From positions 1 to 15,052 of the forward strand of contig JBMFMB010000027.1 of assembly GCA_049970895.1 (NCBI GenBank): a DNA stretch of 15,052 nucleotides, written 5' to 3'. Positions 5,799 through 13,208 of this stretch are shown here, in pieces. Origin of the DNA: Candidatus Bathyarchaeia archaeon. GTDB lineage: Archaea > Thermoproteota > Bathyarchaeia > Bathyarchaeales > Bathycorpusculaceae. A program made the position numbers and the translations under genes. The notes below the pieces were generated by a model. The model made no database searches. It worked only from the letters and a program-made list of their open reading frames with translations, and was not told where the DNA came from. How positions within the stretch are numbered: position 1 is the first letter of the stretch; each line of letters opens with the position of its first letter.

Positions 5799-7211
5799 AT
5801 GAAGGTGTGTTTGTCGGAGGAGAAGTTTCTGAGGGTTTGTTTGGTTTCACCCCCGTACGAGTCGAATGTAAAGTCTATTGTTGGAGTTTCATCTCCACCC
5901 ATCGGCTTGGCTTATTTGGCTTCTGTTTTAAGGGGGAAGCATCATGTTAAAGTTTTAGATGCTAACGTTTTAGGTTACAGCTTTGATGATGTTAGAAGGG
6001 AGCTTAGGGGATTTTACCCAGACGTTGTTGGCATAACTTCTGTTACACCGTCCATTTACCATGCGTATCATGTAGCTAAGATCGCCAAGGATGTTAGGGA
6101 AGACTGTAAGGTGATTGTCGGTGGGCCTCATGTAACTTTTCTGCCTAATAGGACGCTTAGAGAATGTAAGTTCATCGACGTAGTTGTGCGCGGTGAGGCT
6201 GAGGAAACCATAAGCGAGCTGATTGAAGCCATTGAAAAGGGCGTATGGGAAAATGTTAAAGGCATAACCTTCAGGAGGGGAGATCAAATTGTAAGTAATG
6301 AGCCGAGACCCTTCGTAAAAAACATTGACGAGATTCCTTTTCCAAGCTGGGATCTTCTTCCAATGGACAAATACAAGTTTTCGGGTCAGAGGTATGCTGC
6401 CATGCTTACGAGCAGAGGATGCCCATTCAAATGCTCCTTCTGCGCCTCATCCCGACTTTTCGGAGGATTATGGAGGGGAAGAAGCCCAGACAACGTCATT
6501 GAAGAAATCAGAATTCTCCGTGAGAAGTTTGGCATAAAAAATATAGAGTTTGTGGATGACACCTTCACGCTTAATCAGAAAAGGGCGGAAAGTATTTGCG
6601 ACGAAATAGTTAGGGAAGGCTTGGACATCAGTTGGGGCGCCTCTTCAAGGGTTGACACATTGTCAAGAGGGCTTGTTGAAAAGATGAGGAGGGCTGGATG
6701 CTGGATCCTGTTCCTCGGCATAGAGTCAGGATGCCAAAAAATACTCGACGCAATCGGCAAAAGAATCACTGTTGAGCAGGCGAGAAAGGCCGTTAAAATT
6801 GTTAAGGAAGCCGGCATTAAGGTTTTAGGCTCATTCATAATAGGCTTTCTGCAGGACACCATTGAAACAGTTAAAGAGACTATAAGGTTTGCTAAAACCC
6901 TAAAATTGGACTATGCAGAATTCTCCATACTAACGCCATACCCCGGAACACCAGTATACAAATATGCCAAAAAGAACAACCTACTGCTAACAGAAGACTG
7001 GAGCAAATACACAGGCTTAGAACCAGTAATGCAAATTGAAGGGTTAAGTCCGTCAAACATCAAATCCCTCATTCAAAAAGCATACTTAAGCTTCTACCTA
7101 ACACCCCGAAACATTTACAACTGGCTGAAAAACAAGCAGTTCACACTCATAAAGTCAGCCATAAAAGCTATAACAAACCACCTAAAAACCGAAATATTGA
7201 TGAGGGCTTAA
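5799..7211 (+). CDS. Cobalamin-binding radical SAM protein (class B RS methyltransferase-like)
   Basis: PPIGLAYLAS, DVVGITS, IVGGPHVT and VVRGEAE (B12 domain); TSRGCPFKCSFC (CxxxCxxC), FVDDTFT, GIESG and LTPYPGT. The start is uncertain (ATG 5799, TTG 5811 or later); the track's TTG at 5700 lies upstream of a TATA-like TTTATATA at 5787-5794. Confidence 0.9.
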   Translation: MKVCLSEEKFLRVCLVSPPYESNVKSIVGVSSPPIGLAYLASVLRGKHHVKVLDANVLGYSFDDVRRELRGFYPDVVGITSVTPSIYHAYHVAKIAKDVREDCKVIVGGPHVTFLPNRTLRECKFIDVVVRGEAEETISELIEAIEKGVWENVKGITFRRGDQIVSNEPRPFVKNIDEIPFPSWDLLPMDKYKFSGQRYAAMLTSRGCPFKCSFCASSRLFGGLWRGRSPDNVIEEIRILREKFGIKNIEFVDDTFTLNQKRAESICDEIVREGLDISWGASSRVDTLSRGLVEKMRRAGCWILFLGIESGCQKILDAIGKRITVEQARKAVKIVKEAGIKVLGSFIIGFLQDTIETVKETIRFAKTLKLDYAEFSILTPYPGTPVYKYAKKNNLLLTEDWSKYTGLEPVMQIEGLSPSNIKSLIQKAYLSFYLTPRNIYNWLKNKQFTLIKSAIKAITNHLKTEILMRA

Positions 7212-7252
7212 AATGCCGATTAAATGAGCGCTGAAGACGAAGAAAAAGCAAG

Positions 7253-7471
7253 AAGGCGGGCGATCCGCTTTACGTGGAAGAGTTTCTTGCTCAAAAAACC
7301 AGTTAGTATGTTGCTGTATATTTGGCTTGAACAGGCGCTATATGAAGAAGGCAGCAACGAGTTCCACGTTAAGTAGCAAGAATTCCTGAGGAAATCAAAA
7401 CTCTTCTAGAAATGGGCTTTGAATACGTATGCCAAAAGGATGAGCTGATGTTCTTCAGAAAGCGTAAATAG
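7253..7471 (+). pseudogene. C-terminal remnant of a tyrosine integrase with two frameshifts
   Basis: Three segments in alternating frames: KAGDPLYVEEFLAQKT (degenerate D..YV...LGH box), MLLYIWLEQALYEEGSNEFHVK (catalytic-Tyr region) and VARIPEEIKTLLEMGFEYVCQKDELMFFRKRK*. The L..GFEYVC...FRKRK tail is one I recognise from Bathyarchaeia-type integrases. Confidence 0.8.
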
Positions 7472-7502
7472 CCCTTGGGCTTAAAGTAAACGAAGACTGG
7501 TG

Positions 7503-7523
7503 AAATGCTATGAAGATGGCTGT
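7503..7523 (+). repeat. 21-bp direct repeat, copy 2 (putative attR), containing the GT4 start codon
   Basis: AAATGCTATGAAGATGGCTGT, with the ATG at 7510 inside. Confidence 0.95.
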
Positions 7524-8760
7524 GCTTGTCTATGAGTATCCGCCGAAGATTGTTGGTGGCTTAGGCACTTATGCGGCTGAAATCACACGAAAATTTGTTC
7601 TAATGGATCATGATGTCACTGTTTTTACGATGAATGATGATGAGGGAAGCCTTCCGACGAGGGAGATTTGGCGAGGCATAGAAATCCACCGACCATTACA
7701 CATTGATATTTCCGATTCTCTTCCAGACGTTGTGGCTGAGGATGTTAAGAAGTGGGGTAGGGGCATACAGCTCTTCTCAAAAATCCTCGTTTACAACTAT
7801 TTGAGCGCCTCAAAGCTTGTCAACGAGTTGATTGGGAAGGAGGGCTTCAAATACGACATTGTGGTGGCTCATGACTGGCTTTCAGTTATAGCCGGAATAA
7901 CCATAAAAAAGGAGACTGATCTCCCACTGGTTTTTCACGTCCACTCCACTGAGAAGGGGCGAACCCTCGGAAACGGCTCAGAAGTTGTGAGCAATATTGA
8001 ACTTCGTGGGGCGCAAGCGGCAGACCTCATTATTACGGTTTCCTACGCTATGAAGGACGAGCTGATAAAACTTGGTTTTCCACGCGAAAAAATTGAGGTC
8101 TGCTATAATGGTGTTGACCCGCTGAAGTATAACCCCGAAAACGTGAGCCCAGACCAGATTAGGCATGTTAGGGAGTTTTATGGCATAAAGCCCGAAGACC
8201 CCATGATTCTTTTTCTTGGGAGGCTTGTGGGCGTGAAAGGGGTTGATAAGCTGATTATGGCTATGCCCCACATACTGCAGAAAATTCCAAACGCGAAGCT
8301 GGTAATTGTTGGTTTGGGCGACTTGCAGGACTATCTGGTTAACCTAGTAAGGATGATGAAGCTTCAGGATGTCGTTAAATTTAATTTCGAGTTTATTCCG
8401 GAGGAGGAGCGCATCTTCCACTATGCAGCATGCGACGTGGCAGTTTTTCCAAGCCTATACGAGCCCTTTGGAATAGTTGCCCTAGAAGCCATGAGCATGG
8501 AACGTCCAGTGGTTGTTGGCGCCGCCGGCGTCAGCGGAATGAGGGAAATTGTTATACCATGCGGGGAAGAGCAGTGCGGCTATCACATAAACCCGAACGA
8601 TCCAGCAGATATTGCTTGGGGTGTTGTCAACGCTTTGGAAGATCCAGAAAGGCGGAAGTGGCTTGGGAAAAATGGTAGGCGTCGAGTCCTAAACGAGTTC
8701 ACATGGGATAAGATAGCGGAAAAAACAATTGAGCTTTATGAACGTGTTATAAAACGTTAA
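7510..8760 (+). CDS. GT4-family glycosyltransferase (GT-B fold, possible alpha-glucan/glycogen synthase)
   Basis: EYPPKIVGGLG, VAHDW, FHVHSTE, FLGRLVGVKG and PSLYEPFGIVALEAM (Ex7E); SD-like GGTGA upstream. Confidence 0.92.
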   Translation: MKMAVLVYEYPPKIVGGLGTYAAEITRKFVLMDHDVTVFTMNDDEGSLPTREIWRGIEIHRPLHIDISDSLPDVVAEDVKKWGRGIQLFSKILVYNYLSASKLVNELIGKEGFKYDIVVAHDWLSVIAGITIKKETDLPLVFHVHSTEKGRTLGNGSEVVSNIELRGAQAADLIITVSYAMKDELIKLGFPREKIEVCYNGVDPLKYNPENVSPDQIRHVREFYGIKPEDPMILFLGRLVGVKGVDKLIMAMPHILQKIPNAKLVIVGLGDLQDYLVNLVRMMKLQDVVKFNFEFIPEEERIFHYAACDVAVFPSLYEPFGIVALEAMSMERPVVVGAAGVSGMREIVIPCGEEQCGYHINPNDPADIAWGVVNALEDPERRKWLGKNGRRRVLNEFTWDKIAEKTIELYERVIKR

Positions 8761-8809
8761 ACAAGACGTGCAGACTGTGAACTTGGGCTTTTTAAAGGCG
8801 GATGTTAAC

Positions 8810-9403
8810 ATGAGGAGGGATGTTGCGAGGGAAGCCGCCTCCCTCCTCTATTTTGGAATAGAAAAGGAGTATAAGCAGGCTAAGTTGCGGGCGGCGAAAA
8901 CCTTGGGCGTCCACTTTTTGCCATCAAACCTTGAAGTGGCCATGGAGCTTGACAGAATAGCTGAGGAAAATGAGGGTGCCGCCCGACTGGAAAGGCTTGT
9001 TAAGATGCGGAAAGAAGCCCTAACTTTAATGAAAATGTTGAAAAAGTTTAGTCCAGTGCTTGTTGGGAGTGTTTGGCGAGGAACCATCTACCGCGAAAGC
9101 GACATAGACATAATAGCATACCACAATGAGCCGCATGAAATCCTAAAACTGCTAGAGCAGAAATTTAAGATACTAGAGTGCGGTTGGAAGGCTGTAACGA
9201 AAAAGGGGAAACCAAAGAAATCCTTCCACATAGTTCTCGAATTGCCAAGTGGTGAAAAAGCCGAAATAACTGTTCGAGGTGTTGAAGAATTCTGCGTTAA
9301 GGAGACTTGCGAAATATACGGCGACACCATTTCTGGGCTAAGCGTTCAGGAACTTGAAAGAGTGCTTCTGGAAAACCCCACAAAGCGGTTCGTCCCATTC
9401 TGA
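8810..9403 (+). CDS. Pol-beta-like nucleotidyltransferase domain protein with N-terminal helical domain
   Basis: LVGS-x10-DID (GSVWRGTIYRESDID); N-terminal AREAASLLY...EYKQAK..AA..LG...LPSN. ATG at 8810 preferred (GTG at 8768 possible). Confidence 0.8.
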   Translation: MRRDVAREAASLLYFGIEKEYKQAKLRAAKTLGVHFLPSNLEVAMELDRIAEENEGAARLERLVKMRKEALTLMKMLKKFSPVLVGSVWRGTIYRESDIDIIAYHNEPHEILKLLEQKFKILECGWKAVTKKGKPKKSFHIVLELPSGEKAEITVRGVEEFCVKETCEIYGDTISGLSVQELERVLLENPTKRFVPF

Positions 9404-9478
9404 GAAAGCCTTTTTACTAGATGTTTAAATATGTGAACTTCCAAAATATGAATCAGCCACAAATTTGAAGGCATCCAT

Positions 9479-9829
9479 TTGGAGATTGACAAGGAAACCT
9501 TCAAAAGACTGTTTCCAAACCTCGCAAGGGAAATGGAGTCCGGCGAAAACAAAGTCATAGTAAACTCCGTTAGGACAGATGTCAAATCTGGGGAAAGGGC
9601 TGTTTCCAGCAACTTTGTCCATTACGACCCAGACGTTATAGACTTTCTACGAAGATGCGACACCGCAGAGCAAGCGGAAGAAATAATAGCCTACATGGAG
9701 CGCCGAGGCGAAATAAGCAAGGAATACGCTGCAAAATTGAGAAAGCAGCTAAAGGAGAAAGGCGTTAGAAGCTTCGGACCTAAAAAAGAGGAAAACTACT
9801 ATCTGAAACGCGCTGGACTTTTAAAGTAG
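9479..9829 (+). CDS. DUF2095-family archaeal protein
   Basis: FPNLARE...PDVIDFLRRCDTAEQAEEIIAYMERRGEI...GVRSFGPKKE..YY. Confidence 0.85.
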   Translation: MEIDKETFKRLFPNLAREMESGENKVIVNSVRTDVKSGERAVSSNFVHYDPDVIDFLRRCDTAEQAEEIIAYMERRGEISKEYAAKLRKQLKEKGVRSFGPKKEENYYLKRAGLLK

Positions 9830-9835
9830 CCCCTT

Positions 9836-10612
9836 TTAGATTTGTTCCGGCGGTACCCTTTCTGGGGCATAACCAGTAAAATACCTTAATTTGTAATTTC
9901 GCAGTCTTCGGACAACATGCGGGTACAATATTAACTCTTCAATCTCAATTTCCTCAGCCAATTTTGGGCTAATCCGCCCAATTCGCTCTATAAGGGATTG
10001 CAAGCTCTTTTTGGTTGAGAAGGAAGCCATAACCGAAGGGTGGCAACTCACTTTTGCATTTACCAATTCTTCCAACGCTTTAAGCTGCAACATGAACCCT
10101 TCGGGCTTGGCACCGGTAAGCAATGCGAATTCTTCCTCGTTGCAGCCTTTAAGCGAAACCCTAACATGTACAAAATTGTATTTTGCAAGGCTTTCCGCAT
10201 AGCCCCTATCATAGGCTATAGGTATACCGTTAGTTTCAAGGATGAAATGGTAACCCTTACCGTTCAGGTTTTCGAGAAGTTCAAGCAAGTGCTGCTTTCC
10301 GATGGTTGGCTCTCCCCCACTTAGCCTAAGCAGGTCAAGGTTGCACTTTTTGGCAAGTGAGACGAGGCTGTCGGCAACCCTTTTTGAGGTGTAAAAGGCG
10401 CCGACGTCGTGGGGTCTGTTCATAACGGCGTCTGAAACCCAGCAAAAACGGCAAAGCAAGCCGCATCCAACACAGTCCGCCGTTACTATGCCACCATACC
10501 ACCTTGCAGGTCTTATGCGATAATATTTCCTCTCCATCCCCCCTGGTCCAATGCGTGTGACCAGCTTTTCAATGGCTAAATGCCTCTTAACAGGATCGTA
10601 GAATGCTGCCAA
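9836..10612 (-). CDS. Archaeal radical SAM protein of unknown substrate
   Basis: WYGGIVTADCVGCGLLCRFCW (CxxxCxxC), LSGGEPT, FILETNG and VRVSLKG. Confidence 0.9.
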   Translation of the reverse strand: MAAFYDPVKRHLAIEKLVTRIGPGGMERKYYRIRPARWYGGIVTADCVGCGLLCRFCWVSDAVMNRPHDVGAFYTSKRVADSLVSLAKKCNLDLLRLSGGEPTIGKQHLLELLENLNGKGYHFILETNGIPIAYDRGYAESLAKYNFVHVRVSLKGCNEEEFALLTGAKPEGFMLQLKALEELVNAKVSCHPSVMASFSTKKSLQSLIERIGRISPKLAEEIEIEELILYPHVVRRLRNYKLRYFTGYAPERVPPEQI

Positions 10613-10682
10613 CGTAAACCAGCCTTTTAACGTGTAATAAAGGCATGGGCTAGTCTTAAATTGTTATCTTGCCTAATAATCT

Positions 10683-11165
10683 ATGATGCTCCTAAAATGT
10701 GGTGACGTCCTTAGCAACCTTGAAATCTCAAGAATTTTTGGCGTATGTGCCCAGCGGGGAATGAGGTATAACGGAAGCCTAAATGAAGGGATTAGACATG
10801 TTGTTCTAATAACGGTTTTACATAAGACGCCAGAGGAAAGCCTCCGCAATCCATACAATGACCGTTTAGAGGGTGACATCCTCCTCTACACTGGCGAAGG
10901 ACGCGTTGGAGACCAGAAGATGGTTAGAGGAAATCTTGTATTGAAAAGGCAGATGTTAGAGGGCTATCCAGTCGTTGTTTTCGAGAAGAAAACGCCTGGA
11001 AGATACATGTTTCTGGGACAGTACAACGTGTTATCTGTTGGGAGGGAAATTCAGCCCGACATAAAGGGGCAGAAGAGAAAAGTGTTCCTTTATAAACTTA
11101 AAAGAGTATCCGCGACAGTCTCTTTAAATGCTGGTGGAAAACCAAGCGCCTCTAAAAGTAAATAA
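10683..11165 (+). CDS. Stand-alone SRA/YDG (PUA-like) domain protein
   Basis: QRGMR...NPYNDRLEGDILLYTGEGRVGDQKMVRGN...PVVVFEK...YMFLG...QPDIKGQKRKVFLYKL matches prokaryotic SRA domains normally fused to HNH nucleases. Confidence 0.8.
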   Translation: MMLLKCGDVLSNLEISRIFGVCAQRGMRYNGSLNEGIRHVVLITVLHKTPEESLRNPYNDRLEGDILLYTGEGRVGDQKMVRGNLVLKRQMLEGYPVVVFEKKTPGRYMFLGQYNVLSVGREIQPDIKGQKRKVFLYKLKRVSATVSLNAGGKPSASKSK

Positions 11166-11223
11166 ATAGGTCTTTTGATATTAGAAAGCCAGACTTCAAG
11201 GTTTAAGCGGCGGAGGAAAAAGC

Positions 11224-12933
11224 TTGAAACGGAAAGCCATGGCGTTCACAGCCCTGACGGTTGTGCTGTCAATTCTCATTTTTAACGCTTTTAACATGGT
11301 CTACGTTGGAAGTGTTAGGGCGGACACCCATTCATACAATGTTGATTGGGTTGACCATCAAGTGAAAATTCTCTACAACGGCTACATCCTCGTAAACGAC
11401 ACAATAAAAATTGACGGAACTGCGCAAAATGGTTTCCTTATTGGTTTTCCATATAAGTATGCGCCTTATGTTCTTCGTTGCATAGCCTATAACACCGCCA
11501 ACCTTGGTCAAAGGTATAAGGTCGATACTGATGTGCCATTAGGCGGTAATATTGGCTTTTTTGGCGTTAACATAACCTTAAATCCCCCACCGGAAGATGG
11601 AATTTTCAGCGTGGTTTTTGCGCTTTCAAACAGCCTCCTTAAGCAAAGCCCGCAGAACATGAGTCTTTTCACTTTGGATTTTCCAGCATTTCCCTGCTTC
11701 ACCGTTGATGTTCCTTTATGTAATGCTTCAGTTGTTCTGCCATCAAACGCCAAATTCCTAGCAGGCACCGGAACAGTTAAAGCATCAAATTATTCAGTAA
11801 ATAGGGCATTGCCACAGTTCACATATGAACCAGCAAATCTGACCTTCGAATTAACCACTGACGATATACAACTTTTCAATGTAAAGGAGTTTAAGCGTGA
11901 AATTAATGTTGATAGCACAGGCGGAATTATGGTTTCAGACAGTTATTATATAAAGAATGAGTCGCCGCGGCAAATGACCTCCATTAAAGTGGCTCTCCCA
12001 TTAAACGCTTCAAATGTGAAGGTTGAAGATGAGTTTGGAAGGAAGGGCAAAATAACACCAGACGCTAAGAAAAACATGTACACGGTGAACCTTTCTCTGC
12101 CCGTTGAAAGCGGTAGATCAACAAGGTTCATTGTGAGATATAACTTGCCAAAAAATGTGAGTTTTACCTTTTTCCGTGAAATAAACTATTACATCGAGGA
12201 AGTTTCCATAACCATCATGCTGCCCGAAGGCGCCAAAATAAAAGGTTTAAGCTATGATGGTGTTTCGCCAATTGGCACTTGTGGTGTTTCAAGGGATGTC
12301 TTCCAAGAAAAAATCAGTATAAGTATGCAAGGGGTTCTGTCTCTGGACAGCTTTGCAATGGAGTTGGCGTACGAGTATAATCCTTTGTGGTTGGCTTTTC
12401 GTTCAACATTATGGGTTTGGGCTTTAGCAGTTTTTGGATGCACCATCGTGGCTATCTGGAGGAGACCTAAAGCACCTGAGGCTGTTGTTGTGCCCACGGT
12501 TGCTGTTAGGCTGAGCCCAGAAATTCTCAGAAGGTTTGTGGAATCTTACGAGGATAAACGGAGGATAACTTCTGAGATAAAGTCTCTTGAAACTGCTGTT
12601 AGCAAGGGTAGGATTCCGAGGCAGAGGTATAAGGTGCAGAGGAAAACTTTGGAGACACGGCTTGCATCTTTATCCAGAAGCCTTGATGATTTAAAGTTGA
12701 GGCTTAGGTCTGCTGGTGGACGTTATGCGGATTTGATGCGGCAGCTTGAGGTTGCAGAGACAGAGCTTAACGAGGTTGAATCCAACATTAAGAGCATCGA
12801 AATTCGCCACCGTAGGGGTGAACTAACACTGGAGGCTTACCGCAAACTCTTAGCAGACTATGAAAGCAGGAGGGAAAGAGCAGAAACCACGATTGGCGGA
12901 ATTCTGCTAAGGATACGTGAAGAAATCCACTAG
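11224..12933 (+). CDS. Single-pass membrane protein, ribophorin I (Ost1/RPN1)-like, with cytoplasmic coiled coil
   Basis: N-terminal signal peptide, beta-rich ectodomain with about 10 N-x-S/T sequons, TM LWVWALAVFGCTIVAIW and a charged helical C-terminus. RPN1-like motifs are described under findings. TTG start with a GGAGG SD. Confidence 0.7.
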   Translation: MKRKAMAFTALTVVLSILIFNAFNMVYVGSVRADTHSYNVDWVDHQVKILYNGYILVNDTIKIDGTAQNGFLIGFPYKYAPYVLRCIAYNTANLGQRYKVDTDVPLGGNIGFFGVNITLNPPPEDGIFSVVFALSNSLLKQSPQNMSLFTLDFPAFPCFTVDVPLCNASVVLPSNAKFLAGTGTVKASNYSVNRALPQFTYEPANLTFELTTDDIQLFNVKEFKREINVDSTGGIMVSDSYYIKNESPRQMTSIKVALPLNASNVKVEDEFGRKGKITPDAKKNMYTVNLSLPVESGRSTRFIVRYNLPKNVSFTFFREINYYIEEVSITIMLPEGAKIKGLSYDGVSPIGTCGVSRDVFQEKISISMQGVLSLDSFAMELAYEYNPLWLAFRSTLWVWALAVFGCTIVAIWRRPKAPEAVVVPTVAVRLSPEILRRFVESYEDKRRITSEIKSLETAVSKGRIPRQRYKVQRKTLETRLASLSRSLDDLKLRLRSAGGRYADLMRQLEVAETELNEVESNIKSIEIRHRRGELTLEAYRKLLADYESRRERAETTIGGILLRIREEIH

Positions 12934-12998
12934 CAAACCCAAAGGCTTTTATTTCACTCTTAAAATTGAACCAAATCTGGTCAGAGGAGGAATAGCGA

Positions 12999-13181
12999 AT
13001 GGTAAAGATAGTGGTTGACAACCACAAGTGCACTGGATGCGGCACATGCGTAGACACATGCCCAGTGGGAGTTTATGAAATTAAGGATGGAAAATCTGTC
13101 CCTGTAAAAGTGGAAGAATGCCTTGTATGCAGAGCATGTGAAGCCCAGTGTCCAGAAGGCGCCATCCAAGTAATTGAATAA
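12999..13181 (+). CDS. 2[4Fe-4S] ferredoxin
   Basis: CTGCGTCVDTCP and CLVCRACEAQCP; SD GAGGAGG upstream; 60 aa. Confidence 0.95.
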   Translation: MVKIVVDNHKCTGCGTCVDTCPVGVYEIKDGKSVPVKVEECLVCRACEAQCPEGAIQVIE

Positions 13182-13208
13182 CCATCCTTTCCCTTTCTTT
13201 CGAAGACC

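Larger units (their letters stand above)
5562..7523. mobile_element. Degenerate integrated mini-element (1941-bp unit) carrying a B12-radical SAM gene and an integrase remnant
   Basis: Bounded by exact 21-bp direct repeats; a tyrosine-integrase C-terminal pseudogene ends 31 bp before the right repeat. Confidence 0.65.

Noticed and set aside
7224-7376. 50-aa ORF MSAEDEEKARRR...
   Set aside because: Its second half is one frame of the integrase remnant; better explained as pseudogene debris.
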